Origin: an uncultured Pseudomonadota bacterium
GTDB taxonomy: Bacteria; SAR324; JACQKK01
Direction: 5' to 3'
NCBI GenBank assembly: GCA_964583525.1
Contig: CAZOXD010000004.1
Location: 1,909-65,908 of the forward strand
DNA: 64,000 bases
This document shows positions 10,479 to 20,400 of the stretch, one piece after another. Numbering within the stretch: position 1 is the first letter of the stretch; every line of letters starts with the position of its first letter. The position numbers and the translations under genes are program-made. The notes under the pieces were generated by a model. The model did no database searches, was not told the origin of the DNA, and saw nothing but the letters and a program-made list of their open reading frames with translations.

Positions 10479-11342
10479 ATGAAACGACGACCGACATTGT
10501 CGCTCGGTGGACGTGTCGGCTCCGCAATCGTTGGCGTGCTAACGGTGACACCGGAAGAGTCTAGGGATATCAAACCATATTTCGGCACCACATATCCCAT
10601 TCTCGATAGCCCATATTACTCGCGTTTCAATGACCCTACGATCAAGTCTCATGACGTGGTACTAAGACAGCTTGGCGACCGAGGTAATGACGTTTCCGCA
10701 CTCGGCGCGAAGGCATTGATCGAGGATTTTCGCCCCTCCTATATAATACTGGTTGGCATCGCAGGTGGAGTGAGCGGTCGGGACAATACGGAGCTAGGAG
10801 ACGTTGTAGTTCCAATATTCATTGACGGCTATGAAATGCGGAAACTTACGAAAGGTACGAACAAGAAACGCACCTCTGCTTATGACCATCCGAGTTATCG
10901 CCTCGTACGTTTCTTTGCAGAACATGTTGGAAATTCGTCAGACTGGCTTCAGCGTGTGAACACACCTCGACCAACCGATCGCAGCCAGCAACAGCCGAAA
11001 ATGATTCTCGGAACTCTCATATTTGGCGAGAAGATTCTTGGCGATGACACCAATGACTATCAGCGTTCGATTTTAAATGAATTTGACAACGCCGTCGCAG
11101 TGGACATGGAATCCGGTGGTCTAGCGCGGGCCGTGTATGAAGCGCGGATAACTAAACACTACAACCCTCTATACTTGGTCGTTCGCGGAATATCCGATCC
11201 CGTTAATGAACCTGATAATGATGATATTCGGAAAGTCTGGAGGCCCTATGCGGCACATGTCGCCGGCGCATTCGCTGCCGAAACCGCCACGAGTCTGATC
11301 AATCAAGAGTATGCCACTGCTGCAGTCAAATCAGCGGGATGA
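10479..11342 (+). CDS. PNP/UDP-1 family nucleoside phosphorylase/nucleosidase-fold protein (candidate nucleotide-cleaving effector)
   Basis: 'IILVGIAGGVSGR' and 'AVAVDMESGGLARAV...YLVVRGISD' are the phosphate- and ribose-binding signatures of the PNP_UDP_1 fold. The gene lies in an AT-richer block, directly upstream of a STAND NTPase. Confidence 0.8.
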   Translation: MKRRPTLSLGGRVGSAIVGVLTVTPEESRDIKPYFGTTYPILDSPYYSRFNDPTIKSHDVVLRQLGDRGNDVSALGAKALIEDFRPSYIILVGIAGGVSGRDNTELGDVVVPIFIDGYEMRKLTKGTNKKRTSAYDHPSYRLVRFFAEHVGNSSDWLQRVNTPRPTDRSQQQPKMILGTLIFGEKILGDDTNDYQRSILNEFDNAVAVDMESGGLARAVYEARITKHYNPLYLVVRGISDPVNEPDNDDIRKVWRPYAAHVAGAFAAETATSLINQEYATAAVKSAG

Positions 11343-11388
11343 TGCTCCCACAAAATGGAACACTAGTCGTCAGCGAAAGGAGATCGCC

Positions 11389-13320
11389 ATGACTGGAACT
11401 CAGACCAACCGTTCGATCGAGTTCTCGTTCGAAATCGCTTGGACGCGCAACTACAGTGGCCTCTTTCAAAACACATTCTTCGAAAATACACCGATTGACG
11501 GGATCCTGGACAAGGCCAGGAAATCAGGTCGCATCATGCTTTGCGGCAAAGGAGGAAGTGGCAAGACGACAATCGCGGTTCGTTTGTGTGAGAACGCACG
11601 CCGCGAGGGCTACTCCGCCGTTTTCGTCAAAATGAGGAATTGGACGCGAACACTCCAAGAAATGTGGGACCAGTTCGATGAACATCCGATATCCCGTGCA
11701 AATTTCCTCCTTAGCAATCTTGGTGAGCCTTCCAATGGTCTTCCATCGCTGGACAGTTTGGAGCCGAATCGGCCTAAACTGATAGTTTTCGACGGACTAA
11801 ATGAAGTGCACTTACGTACTGGAGGAGAGATTATCGTCGCTGCAGATTGGCTGGCTGGGGCGTTCATGAACATCTCCGTAATCACGACTGACCGCCTCGT
11901 GCGGCGTGACATTAATCAGGACCGATGGAGTCTTGGCATGGTGCTTCCGCTCAAGGATGAGGAAGTCCGTGAGCTGCTCACCAAGGCCATAGCCCGAAAC
12001 GCGTGGGAAAAGCTGACAGATCGTCAGCAACATATGTTGGAAAGCCCGTTCTTCCTAGACAAAGTGCTCAAGACACACAAGATTCCCCCTACGTCTGCCG
12101 AGGTTATTGGCGACTATCTTCGGGAGCACGCCACGCTGTCAGAGCAAGCCTTGGACGCCTTGGCTCGGGGAGCATTCGCGACATACGGAGCTGGGTTTAG
12201 TGGGCGGTCGTTTCCCAAGGAAGCCCTTCTCAAGGGCTCAGAGGCAGACGCGGTGCGAAGATTGGAGGAGGCTGGATTCCTTGCGGGCGCAGACGACACA
12301 GTCTATTTTGATCACCATCTAGTCCACGACTACTTGGCGGCTCGATACTTGGCTGTGCACTCAGAGAAATGGGAAGAGAAGGCATTCGATGCCATTAGCT
12401 TCAATGCCAGCTCATTCGACGCAATCGCGAAAGTCCTCGAGCAACTGGACAGTAATCGAGCCGACGAGTTCATCCGTAGGGTGTATGACTGGAACCCGTA
12501 TGCGGCTGCTTATGCAATCTCTGATACCGCTTCGTCTGAGCGTCGTGTGAGCGAGGAAATGGAGGTTGTAATTACCGCGATGCTTGCGGAACGACGCTGG
12601 GACCTCATTCTACCAACAGTCACCAGGGCGGAGGACGCGCTTGCCATCATTAGCACCGAACTAGCAATACGATATCTCGGTGCTGGGACCATGGAGGAAG
12701 TGCTAAAAATGGTTGGGGACCAGCACAGCGATGCGGAATGGTTCCTAATTTGGAAGCAGCTATTCACTCGACGGCCGCATCAGGCGGCCATGGATAGTGA
12801 CATTCAGCTGCTCAGTTCGGCAGACTCGATTTTGGGGTGGACCATGGCGAATAAACTAAGACGGCTCGACATCAACGAACAACAGTCCGTTAGTGTTCGG
12901 GATCTAGCTGCAAACGCGGCGTCTGGTGCAGTCCGCTGGCGTGCAGTTCATGTTCTCGGAGCCTTTCCAAGCCGAGAGAATTGGAAATCGCTTTTTGCAC
13001 GGTTCGAAGAGGATCAGTACGAGTGGGTGAGATATGGTGCATTAAGATCGCTAATGGAGAATGCTGCAAAGTCGCAGGCTCTCCGATCCGAAGTACTTGG
13101 GGCGTTGTCGGAAAAGGCTGGATTACTTATGAGCAGTGCTCGTCTAAGGAATGAATTCTATCGTGCATCGTTCGCCGAGATAGTAGGAGAGGACGGCAAA
13201 CGTTGGATTGCGGAGTTGGGGCGCGTCGTTCGGTCGCTTGCCGATCATTCTCGGGACGAAAAAGACCTGGAACTATGGGCTCGACTGAGCCGAGAATTGG
13301 ACAAACGTTACGCAGCGTAG
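11389..13320 (+). CDS. STAND/NACHT-like P-loop NTPase with C-terminal HEAT-like repeats
   Basis: Walker A 'LCGKGGSGKTTIAV', Walker B 'KLIVFDGLNEV'. C-terminal 'VRWRAVHVLGAF...EWVRYGALRSLMENA' is HEAT/PBS-lyase-like. ATG 11389 has an 'aaaggag' RBS. The track start at 11311 overlaps the PNP gene. Confidence 0.8.
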   Translation: MTGTQTNRSIEFSFEIAWTRNYSGLFQNTFFENTPIDGILDKARKSGRIMLCGKGGSGKTTIAVRLCENARREGYSAVFVKMRNWTRTLQEMWDQFDEHPISRANFLLSNLGEPSNGLPSLDSLEPNRPKLIVFDGLNEVHLRTGGEIIVAADWLAGAFMNISVITTDRLVRRDINQDRWSLGMVLPLKDEEVRELLTKAIARNAWEKLTDRQQHMLESPFFLDKVLKTHKIPPTSAEVIGDYLREHATLSEQALDALARGAFATYGAGFSGRSFPKEALLKGSEADAVRRLEEAGFLAGADDTVYFDHHLVHDYLAARYLAVHSEKWEEKAFDAISFNASSFDAIAKVLEQLDSNRADEFIRRVYDWNPYAAAYAISDTASSERRVSEEMEVVITAMLAERRWDLILPTVTRAEDALAIISTELAIRYLGAGTMEEVLKMVGDQHSDAEWFLIWKQLFTRRPHQAAMDSDIQLLSSADSILGWTMANKLRRLDINEQQSVSVRDLAANAASGAVRWRAVHVLGAFPSRENWKSLFARFEEDQYEWVRYGALRSLMENAAKSQALRSEVLGALSEKAGLLMSSARLRNEFYRASFAEIVGEDGKRWIAELGRVVRSLADHSRDEKDLELWARLSRELDKRYAA

Positions 13321-13352
13321 CCCTGGCATAACAGGCGCTGGGAGTTTAACTC

Positions 13353-13820
13353 ATGGCGGACTGGGACAATCGATTCATTGAGCTCGCAGTTCGCATCGGC
13401 GAATGGAGCAAGGACGAAAGCCGGAAGGTCGGTTGTGTAATTGTTGGCCCAAGCAATGAGATTCGGTCCACCGGGTACAACGGCTTTCCGAGGGGTGCCA
13501 AGGACCATTTGTCGGAGCGTCATGAAAGGCCGGCCAAGTACAAATGGACGGAACATGCCGAGCGTAATGCGATCTACAACGCAGCTCGTATTGGCATGGC
13601 ACTGGACGGTTGCCGCATGTACCTCCCGTGGTTCCCCTGCATGGACTGTGCTCGAGCTATCGTGCAAGCCGGAATTGTCGAACTGATTGCAGTTGAGCCG
13701 GATTTCTCTGACCCGCGTTGGGGTGGTGATTTTACCGACGTCCCACATCTCTTGGACGAAGGAGGGGTGAAGGTGCGGTACTGGACAAGGAGGATGCCGG
13801 AACCGGATGCTGGCGAGTAA
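13353..13820 (+). CDS. dCMP/cytidine deaminase (ComEB-type zinc deaminase)
   Basis: 'HAERNAI' (HAE zinc and catalytic Glu) and 'PCMDCARAI' (PCxxC) at canonical spacing. It lies 32 nt after the STAND gene on the same strand. Confidence 0.9.
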   Translation: MADWDNRFIELAVRIGEWSKDESRKVGCVIVGPSNEIRSTGYNGFPRGAKDHLSERHERPAKYKWTEHAERNAIYNAARIGMALDGCRMYLPWFPCMDCARAIVQAGIVELIAVEPDFSDPRWGGDFTDVPHLLDEGGVKVRYWTRRMPEPDAGE

Positions 13821-13923
13821 ATCTCGCACTGGCGCATGCGGAATTTGGCAACCGACGCGTGCCCGGCCGGCACGTTCACCTCCGGAAGGGGCTCGGCTAA
13901 GTTCAACGGCCCTTCATGGCTGA

Positions 13924-14388
13924 TTGATGATTTGTCGAACAGCAGCGTCTCAGGCTCGGGGCGAAGGGGCGGCTCTGGCAGCGGGCCATCGATCCTGTGG
14001 GGAATGCCGTCGGCCCGACTACGTCCGCTTCAAGGACGCTTGGGCCACTGTCAACGGCCTGGACGCCGGAACGGTGAAGGCAGGGGACATGGACAGGGGC
14101 CTGCACCCGGATCGGGTGGTGGGTAGGGGGAAGCACCGGCCCAAGCCCACCTTCACCACCACGTTGGATTCCATCCCGGATGGCGTGATGTTCCATCGTC
14201 AGGAAGACGATCAGGTGGCACTGCTGAAGTGGAAGGGCGGGGCCTGGGTCTGGGCACCGGAAGGGTACGGGGAAGGGATGGTGCTGGGTCAGGGGCAGCG
14301 CATCGAAGTCCTGACTCCAAAGACGGTCGTCGGGGTCATCCGGGCAGGCTATGTGCCTATGGTGCATGGGTCGCTATTGCAGTCGTAA
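13924..14388 (+). CDS. Hypothetical protein (start uncertain)
   Basis: The C-terminal 60 aa 'QVALLKWKGGAWVWAPEGYGEGMVLGQGQRIEVLTPKTVVGVIRAGYVPMVHGS' are conserved in a second, degenerate copy at 14969-15150, which argues that this frame is the real one among several overlapping GC-rich ORFs. Confidence 0.45.
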   Translation: MMICRTAASQARGEGAALAAGHRSCGECRRPDYVRFKDAWATVNGLDAGTVKAGDMDRGLHPDRVVGRGKHRPKPTFTTTLDSIPDGVMFHRQEDDQVALLKWKGGAWVWAPEGYGEGMVLGQGQRIEVLTPKTVVGVIRAGYVPMVHGSLLQS

Positions 14389-14919
14389 ACGATACAAGCG
14401 ATGGTCTTGGGCCTTTCCGGCGTCAGCTTCGACAAGACGGAACCCGTTTTTTTCCAGTACCCGTATGGAGGCCGGATTGTCTGCGTCAACTCCCCCGGCC
14501 AATGTGGCAATGGATGCCTGCGTTCGACACCAGTCAACAAACCCCCCGACCAATTCGGTGGCCAGTCCTCTACCCCAGGCCGGTTCTGACAGCAGGTAGC
14601 CCAGCCGAACCTCAATGCCGTCGATGGCATTTTCAGAATCGACTTCGATCAAGATCACCAGCCCGACAGGTTCCTTGGTCGATTTATCGATGACCAGAAG
14701 GGTCGTTCCCTCCTTGTCACGCTCTCTTACCCACTCACGCGCACGGGACACCGTGTAGCTGCCTTGCCAAGCCGTTGGGAGTGTCCGCGTGACCGGTTCG
14801 GTAAGCATGGTCGCCACAACCTGGGCAAGGCTCCCATGCTGCCTGTCAGGAGGTGAGAGCGAATGCCATTCCGCGACGACCAGACGATCTGTTGTGAATG
14901 AGCAGGACTTGCAGATCAT
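14374..14919 (-). CDS. GNAT family N-acetyltransferase (RimJ/RimL-like)
   Basis: 'TDRLVVAEW', 'LGYLLSEPAWGRGLATELV' (Q/RxxGxG/A acetyl-CoA loop) and 'NPASIRVLEKNGFRL' are typical GNAT motifs. Confidence 0.85.
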   Translation of the reverse strand: MICKSCSFTTDRLVVAEWHSLSPPDRQHGSLAQVVATMLTEPVTRTLPTAWQGSYTVSRAREWVRERDKEGTTLLVIDKSTKEPVGLVILIEVDSENAIDGIEVRLGYLLSEPAWGRGLATELVGGFVDWCRTQASIATLAGGVDADNPASIRVLEKNGFRLVEADAGKAQDHRLYRLRLQ

Positions 14920-14968
14920 CAGGTCAGTGTCCTGTTGTTCGCAAACCGGAGGGTTGAGGTCATGCCAA

Positions 14969-15150
14969 TAGGAAGGCTATCAGGTGGCCTTGCTGAAGTG
15001 GAAGGGCAAGCCCTGGGCCTGGGCACCGGAAGGGTATGGGGGAGGCCCCAGGGGCGGATCAGGGGCAGCGGGTCGAAGTCCTGACGCCCAGAACGGTCAG
15101 GGGCGTGATCGGGGCCGGGTACGTGCCCAGGGTGCATGGGTCAGTGCAGA
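14969..15150 (+). pseudogene. Degenerate duplicate of the 3' end of the 13924-14388 gene
   Basis: Nucleotide-level similarity to 14198-14385. It translates 'QVALLKWKGKPWAWAPEGYG' and then, after an indel, 'GQRVEVLTPRTVRGVIGAGYVPRVHGS' in another frame. No N-terminal part is present. Confidence 0.6.
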
Positions 15151-15289
15151 AGGGTGAATGGGACGCTGGCGGGACACTCGCTGGCAAAGAATGGCCGCAA
15201 TTCACGGTAAGCAGCAATATGAAAACTGAAAGATGTTATTGTTTTCATTATTATAATCTGTTGCTGTTGATCGTCTTGCGTTATTTGGG

Positions 15290-15346
15290 TAGGACTCAAA
15301 ATCCAGTGGGGTTAAACCCGTGTCGGTTCGAGTCCGACCCTCGGCA
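15290..15346 (+). tRNA. 3' portion only of a class-II tRNA-Leu(CAA)-like gene (possible att-site remnant)
   Basis: Anticodon loop 'CTCAAAA' (CAA at 15297-15299). Long variable arm 'GGGgttaaaCCC'. T-arm GTCGG/TTCGAGT/CCGAC at 15322-15338. Acceptor 3' strand CCTCGGC plus A. The required 5' acceptor strand GCCGAGG and a D-arm are absent upstream. Confidence 0.5.
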
Positions 15347-16278
15347 TTCCTCCTGTTATCAACTGTTTCCGCAAATACTCGTTGGCTTATAAAGCGACAC
15401 ACTATCCTCGTTATTTGGTTCGCGGGACACTGATGGGACACTCGGAAAAGACCAACCCCGATAGATGGCGAAGCCTCACAGCCTGATCATACAAGCTCGT
15501 CCCGATCCGGATTCGGACGCCTCCGACCTGGTGCGCCAGTGCAAAGCACCGTCCTGCCTCACCGTCTTTATAAGCCGCAAGGCTGTAATCTCCGCGATCG
15601 AGAATTCCCAAGGACAAGCACGTCCTGATGGACCTCGCCACTCACATCACCAAGCTGCTGGTCAATGAAAAGTCTGAGTTGGTGAAGCTGATTGAGGTGC
15701 GGTAATTATTTTCCTTGCATAACGCATCCTTCCTGTATTAAGAAAGCGACACCTCTTGAAAACACCACCGAAAAGGAGAGGCTCCGGTGGATATTATCAA
15801 GGAAAAAACCGCGTATTGTGTCCGGGTTGATCCACCAATACCAGCCGCGTTGGATTTAACCCGCCCCTTTACCCATCTCACTGCATCATTGCCATATCAC
15901 CAGGGATCGGCAGCGATTTCGGGCCGTATTGTGCCCAAATCCAGGCATGATCTGGTAATCCCGGAATTTAAATTGTTGGCGGGAAAGCAAGGCAGGGCGA
16001 GGGATTGTGGCAATATTGGAGGGACGAGGAATTCCCGGAAATTTGCGATGTTTAACGCAAGGAACGCGGGTGGGTCAGCGCATTGTAACAGTCTACATCC
16101 CCCCCTGTAGAATTTGGCGTATTGAATCTCTTGGGAAGGGAGGGGGCAACGCAAGGATTAACTCTCAGGGTTTTGCAAATTGGCTGAGGGCAGGTCTCTC
16201 GCCGCAATTGCGACCACATGAGAGAAATCAGGGTTCAAATGGGCCTACTGTAATCCAGAGTCACCGAACAGCCACGCT

Positions 16279-17445
16279 ATGACAACAGGACTTCGAGCTA
16301 AGACAATTCTGGACGGAGATTGGGCCTTAGAATTCCATGACTTCTCCGCGGCCTGGGCAATGGCACCATTGCGCCCGGAAGGTAGGCAGAAGGGAGAGGG
16401 CATTGCCGTGGTTCATCCGGATACTGGATACACGGAGCATCCGGAACTCATGGACGGCGACCGATATCTTATCGACCCCGGTATTTCCAGAAATTTTCTC
16501 CAGGGCACTGGCTACATGCTCAGGCCCGAACTACGCCCCGCGGTCGACAATTTGACTGGCTCAAGCGCAAGTCACGGCACCAAGACGGCAAGTGTTCTTA
16601 TGAGCGCCGAAGACTTCCCGGATGAAACATTATTCCCCGACTATTCTGCGGAGAAGGCCATATGGGGTGTGGCGCCCAAAGTCGAATTGATTCCTTTCCG
16701 GGTGGCCAAATCCGTTGTGCTATCAGTCTTAAGTTCAGTAGCACTTGGGAAATCCCTCTTCTATATCGTGGATAAGCTAGATAGCAATTTGGTAGGCGTG
16801 GTCTCAATCAGCCTAGGTGGGAAGGACATCACACTTATTAATAAAGGAAAGACTCTTATAGAGCACGCCCTTCGTATTGCGCGAAAGAAGGGAATTATCG
16901 TCTGCGCGGCAGCCGGACAAATGCAGACTGACAATGAACTTGGGGATTTACTTGCGAGTCATTTCTCGCCTGCGTTTCCTGGCATAGATTCTAACACAAT
17001 ATGTGTGGCGGGATGCAAAGTAAATAAGAATTATCCAGAGGATAACTCTGAGCATTACCCGCCGATTCATTCTGGGTTCTTGGGGCCCGAAGTAGTCGTC
17101 ACTGCGGCAGCCTATGATCTATGGGTTGCAAGAGCAGCCGAAGGAGATCCCAATCCGACCTATAGTGTGGAGAGATCCTGGGGAACCTCCTATGCAACGG
17201 CAATTGTAGCTGGCGCATGCGCTTTGTGGCAGGCTTTTCATGGCAGGCAATGGTTACTAGATCCTTCCAATTATGGACCCGAATTGATTTTTCCATTGTT
17301 CAAAGAGGTGCTAAAAAGAACGGCTTTCAAGCCATCTGGGTGGGATGCCTCCAACCGCGGATTTGGAGTGTTGGATGCAAAGAAACTCTTAGAGGAGCCT
17401 TTACCGACGAAATCCGAAATCGAAGCGCTCAATAATGGAACCTAA
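16279..17445 (+). CDS. Subtilisin-like serine peptidase (S8 family), no signal peptide
   Basis: Catalytic triad motifs in D-H-S order: 'AVVHPDTGYT', 'SASHGTKTASV', 'SWGTSYATAIVAGA'. The N-terminus 'MTTGLRAKTILDGDW' has no hydrophobic leader. Confidence 0.9.
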   Translation: MTTGLRAKTILDGDWALEFHDFSAAWAMAPLRPEGRQKGEGIAVVHPDTGYTEHPELMDGDRYLIDPGISRNFLQGTGYMLRPELRPAVDNLTGSSASHGTKTASVLMSAEDFPDETLFPDYSAEKAIWGVAPKVELIPFRVAKSVVLSVLSSVALGKSLFYIVDKLDSNLVGVVSISLGGKDITLINKGKTLIEHALRIARKKGIIVCAAAGQMQTDNELGDLLASHFSPAFPGIDSNTICVAGCKVNKNYPEDNSEHYPPIHSGFLGPEVVVTAAAYDLWVARAAEGDPNPTYSVERSWGTSYATAIVAGACALWQAFHGRQWLLDPSNYGPELIFPLFKEVLKRTAFKPSGWDASNRGFGVLDAKKLLEEPLPTKSEIEALNNGT

Positions 17446-17450
17446 GAGAA

Positions 17451-20400
17451 ATGTCTAGACTCGATGATTTCTGCAAAGAGTTGATCTGGTTCGTGCAGCC
17501 GGTTGTTGAAGCTGTTGAAGACGAGGAATCGCTGAAGAGTTTTTTCTCAGAATTTGGATACGACCTGACAGGTTCAGACACAGAAATCGGGAACGCGGTC
17601 ACAGAGATTCGCGACACACTTTATCCGATTCTTCAGGGGCTAGGCACTGCTTTGGCGGACGGTTCTCTAGACTTATCAGTCCCTCAAGAACTACTTACCA
17701 CAATTAGATCAACCGGTGAAAGTCAATCGATTCAGAGCCTCATAGCCGATGCAAGCGAGTTCCCAGGCGAGCTTTTCTCGCACCTATTTTACCATTACAT
17801 TTCTACGAAGATTGGGATATTGTCCGCCCTTTTGGAGGCATTTGGCGTTATCACCATTACTAGAGTGACCACTGCGGACGCTGGCGGTAGGGACTTGGAT
17901 TACGACAAGGTGGAGCTTCACTGGGACAGGCTTGGCGTGTTCGTAACAGACAGCGGAAAGTGGGCAAAGGAAGTTTACGGTTGGGGGGCTACTCTGGATA
18001 CCGATGGCCGCATTTTCGACTATGAAAAAGCAATTGCTAGTCTGGCTCACCTGATAGAATCAACCCAATTGGTTCTCTCCCGAAAGCAAAACCTCACACC
18101 GACTGAAGCGGATTTCTTTCTCGCGAATCGCGGTGGGATAACGGTCAATGAAGTTGTTATTCCTTTTTTTCAAGATGAGTTTGAATCTGTTGATGATGCC
18201 GGAGATCCAGAATTCAGGAATGAGATTGGGCTAAAGGTTCTGCCATCGGGAGACTTGAACCAGCCGGCCAATCTGGGTTTGGCAATGGCTCCTTTCGCTA
18301 AGGGAACCCTGCCTCTCGAGATTGCGCTTTCAGATAACCTGACAATGAATTTGGTGTCTTCGGCTTCTGCTACGGGTGGCGTCTATCTTCGACTAACCCC
18401 TGACGGCGTTGAGGTAATGGGTGGAGGAGTGTTCGGAGCGGACTTCAGTTTTGGCTTCACATATAGAAATGCTGACAATTCACCTGCCGTATTGGTTGGA
18501 GGAGAGGGGCAAACTCGACTGGAGTCAAGTTCCATTGGCACCCAGAGTGGAGTTAGTATCGGATCCGGTTCGACACCAGAAGTGTTTGCGGAGTTTTTCA
18601 TCCAGGGCGGTGCCCTGGTAATCCAGGGAGGTGACGGGGACGGCTTCATCCAAAAGATTCTTCCGCAGGACCCCATCACGGTTCTGTTTGATTTGACGCT
18701 GGGTGTCTCCAACACCAAGGGCTTTTACGTCAAGGGCGGGGCAGGGCTGGAATACACCTTCCACGTCAACCAGGAAATCGGCCCAATATTCATCGGCACG
18801 ATCGATCTCGCGATTTTCTTAAAGGACGGGAACATCGAACTCAATACCGCGCTGTCCGCCGGAGCCAGCCTGGGGCCGATTAAGGCCTCGGTATCCAAGA
18901 TCGGGCTGAAGGCTCTGCTGGAGCCGGGCAAAAAGGGATTGTTGGGATTTGCCGACCTCTCTTTGGGCTTTAAACCGCCGACGGGGATCGCGCTGGGAAT
19001 CGACCCTCCGCCGGTCAGGGGCGGAGGCGGGATCTTCATCGACCCGCCCAACTACACGGGCATCCTCAACTTGACGATCGAGGAGACCGTTGACGTTACG
19101 GCGATCGGCCTGTTGACCACGGAGATGCCCGGGGGCCAGCCGGGTTTCTCGCTGCTGATCTCCCTCTCCGCGCGCTTCTCGCCGATCCAACTCAGCTTCG
19201 GCTTTGCGCTCACCGGCGTGGGCGGGCTGATCGGCATCAATCGGACGATGCTGGAGGAGCCGCTGCGCGATGCCTTCAAGCGGCACACACTGGACTACAT
19301 CCTGTTCCCGGAAGACCCCATTTCCGATGCGGCGCTGATCATAGACGCGATCCAGTCCGTCTTTCCTCCGCGCGAGGACCGCTTCGTCATCGGACTGATG
19401 GGCGAGATCATCTGGGGCTCGGCGACACCGCTGGTCGTGTTCAACTTCGGTGTCATCATCGAACTGGGCGGCCCGGGGCTGGTCGTCCTTATTGGGCAGG
19501 GGTCCACAGCACTGCCGACGAAAGAAACGCCCGTCGTGGAGATCAATGTGGACCTGCTCGGCTTCATTGACCTGGGCGCCGAGACCGTTGCCATTGACGC
19601 GGAACTCTACGATTCGCGTATCACCGTCTACCCCCTAAGCGGGGAGATGGCCTTGCGTAGCGGCTGGGGCAGCGAGGCGGACTTCATTTGGTCGATGGGT
19701 GGATTTCATCCGCGCTTCAACCCGCCGCCCGGTTTCCCCAGGCTGGACCGCCTGATGATCAGCCGCGACCTTGGCGTGGTCTACATGTCGCTGGAGTGCT
19801 ATCTGGCCATTACGACCAATACCTTTCAGGTGGGTGCGCTGCTGTCCATCGATGGCGATTTTGGAGTGGCCTCCGCCAAAGGCGGGACGTCCTTCGATAC
19901 GTTGATCAAGTTCAGCCCGTTCTCCTTTGACGTGGATTTTAAGCTGTGGCTTGACCTGAAGGTAGCGGGCGCTCAGGTGGCCGAACTGGACGTATCTTTG
20001 AATCTGACGGGTCCGAATCCGTTCCACGCGATCGGCTATGCCCATTTTTCCATGCTGTTCATTTCGGTGGACGTGGACGTGGATATCACGATGGGAGAGC
20101 GCATCCCGGCGCCGCCGCCCGAGGTCTCCCCGTTCGACAAGGCGCTCGAGGCCTTCCAGGACGTGCGCAGCCTAGTGTTCGAGCTGCCGGACTGGGCCAG
20201 TTCTCACGTATCGTTGCTGGGCGCCGATCCCTCGCTGCAACTGGAGGGACCTGCAGTCACGCCTAAATTGCTGGACCCGGCGGGGAGTGCTGTGGTCTCG
20301 CAGGGCACTATGCCGCTGGCGCTACGGCTGGATCGCGTCGGAGGCGGGACACCGCCCGCAAACGAGCGCTACCTGGAGCTGATCACCGCGCTGCCGTCCG

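Noticed and set aside
10310-10600. Antisense 96-aa ORF (or a 57-aa version starting at the CATG shared with the PNP start, 10310-10480)
   Set aside because: The long version overlaps the PNP gene start. The short version has no motif or RBS I can defend. It could be a small divergent regulator, but the evidence is insufficient.
15202-15346. A complete tRNA gene at about 15260-15346
   Set aside because: The anticodon, variable and T arms and the 3' acceptor fold well. The sequence where the 5' acceptor strand (GCCGAGG) and D-arm should be ('ttgctgttgatcgtcttgcgttatttggg') cannot pair. I therefore called it a 3' fragment only.
15411-16154. ORFs in the 1.1-kb gap between the tRNA fragment and the S8 gene (15411-15641(-), 15465-15668(+), 15787-16110(+), 15897-16154(-)); I also looked there for an integrase remnant
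   Set aside because: No RBS, no recognisable motifs (in particular no tyrosine-recombinase R..H..R..Y pattern), and the frames overlap each other. I treated the region as non-coding or decayed DNA that probably carries the S8-operon promoter, which I cannot pinpoint.
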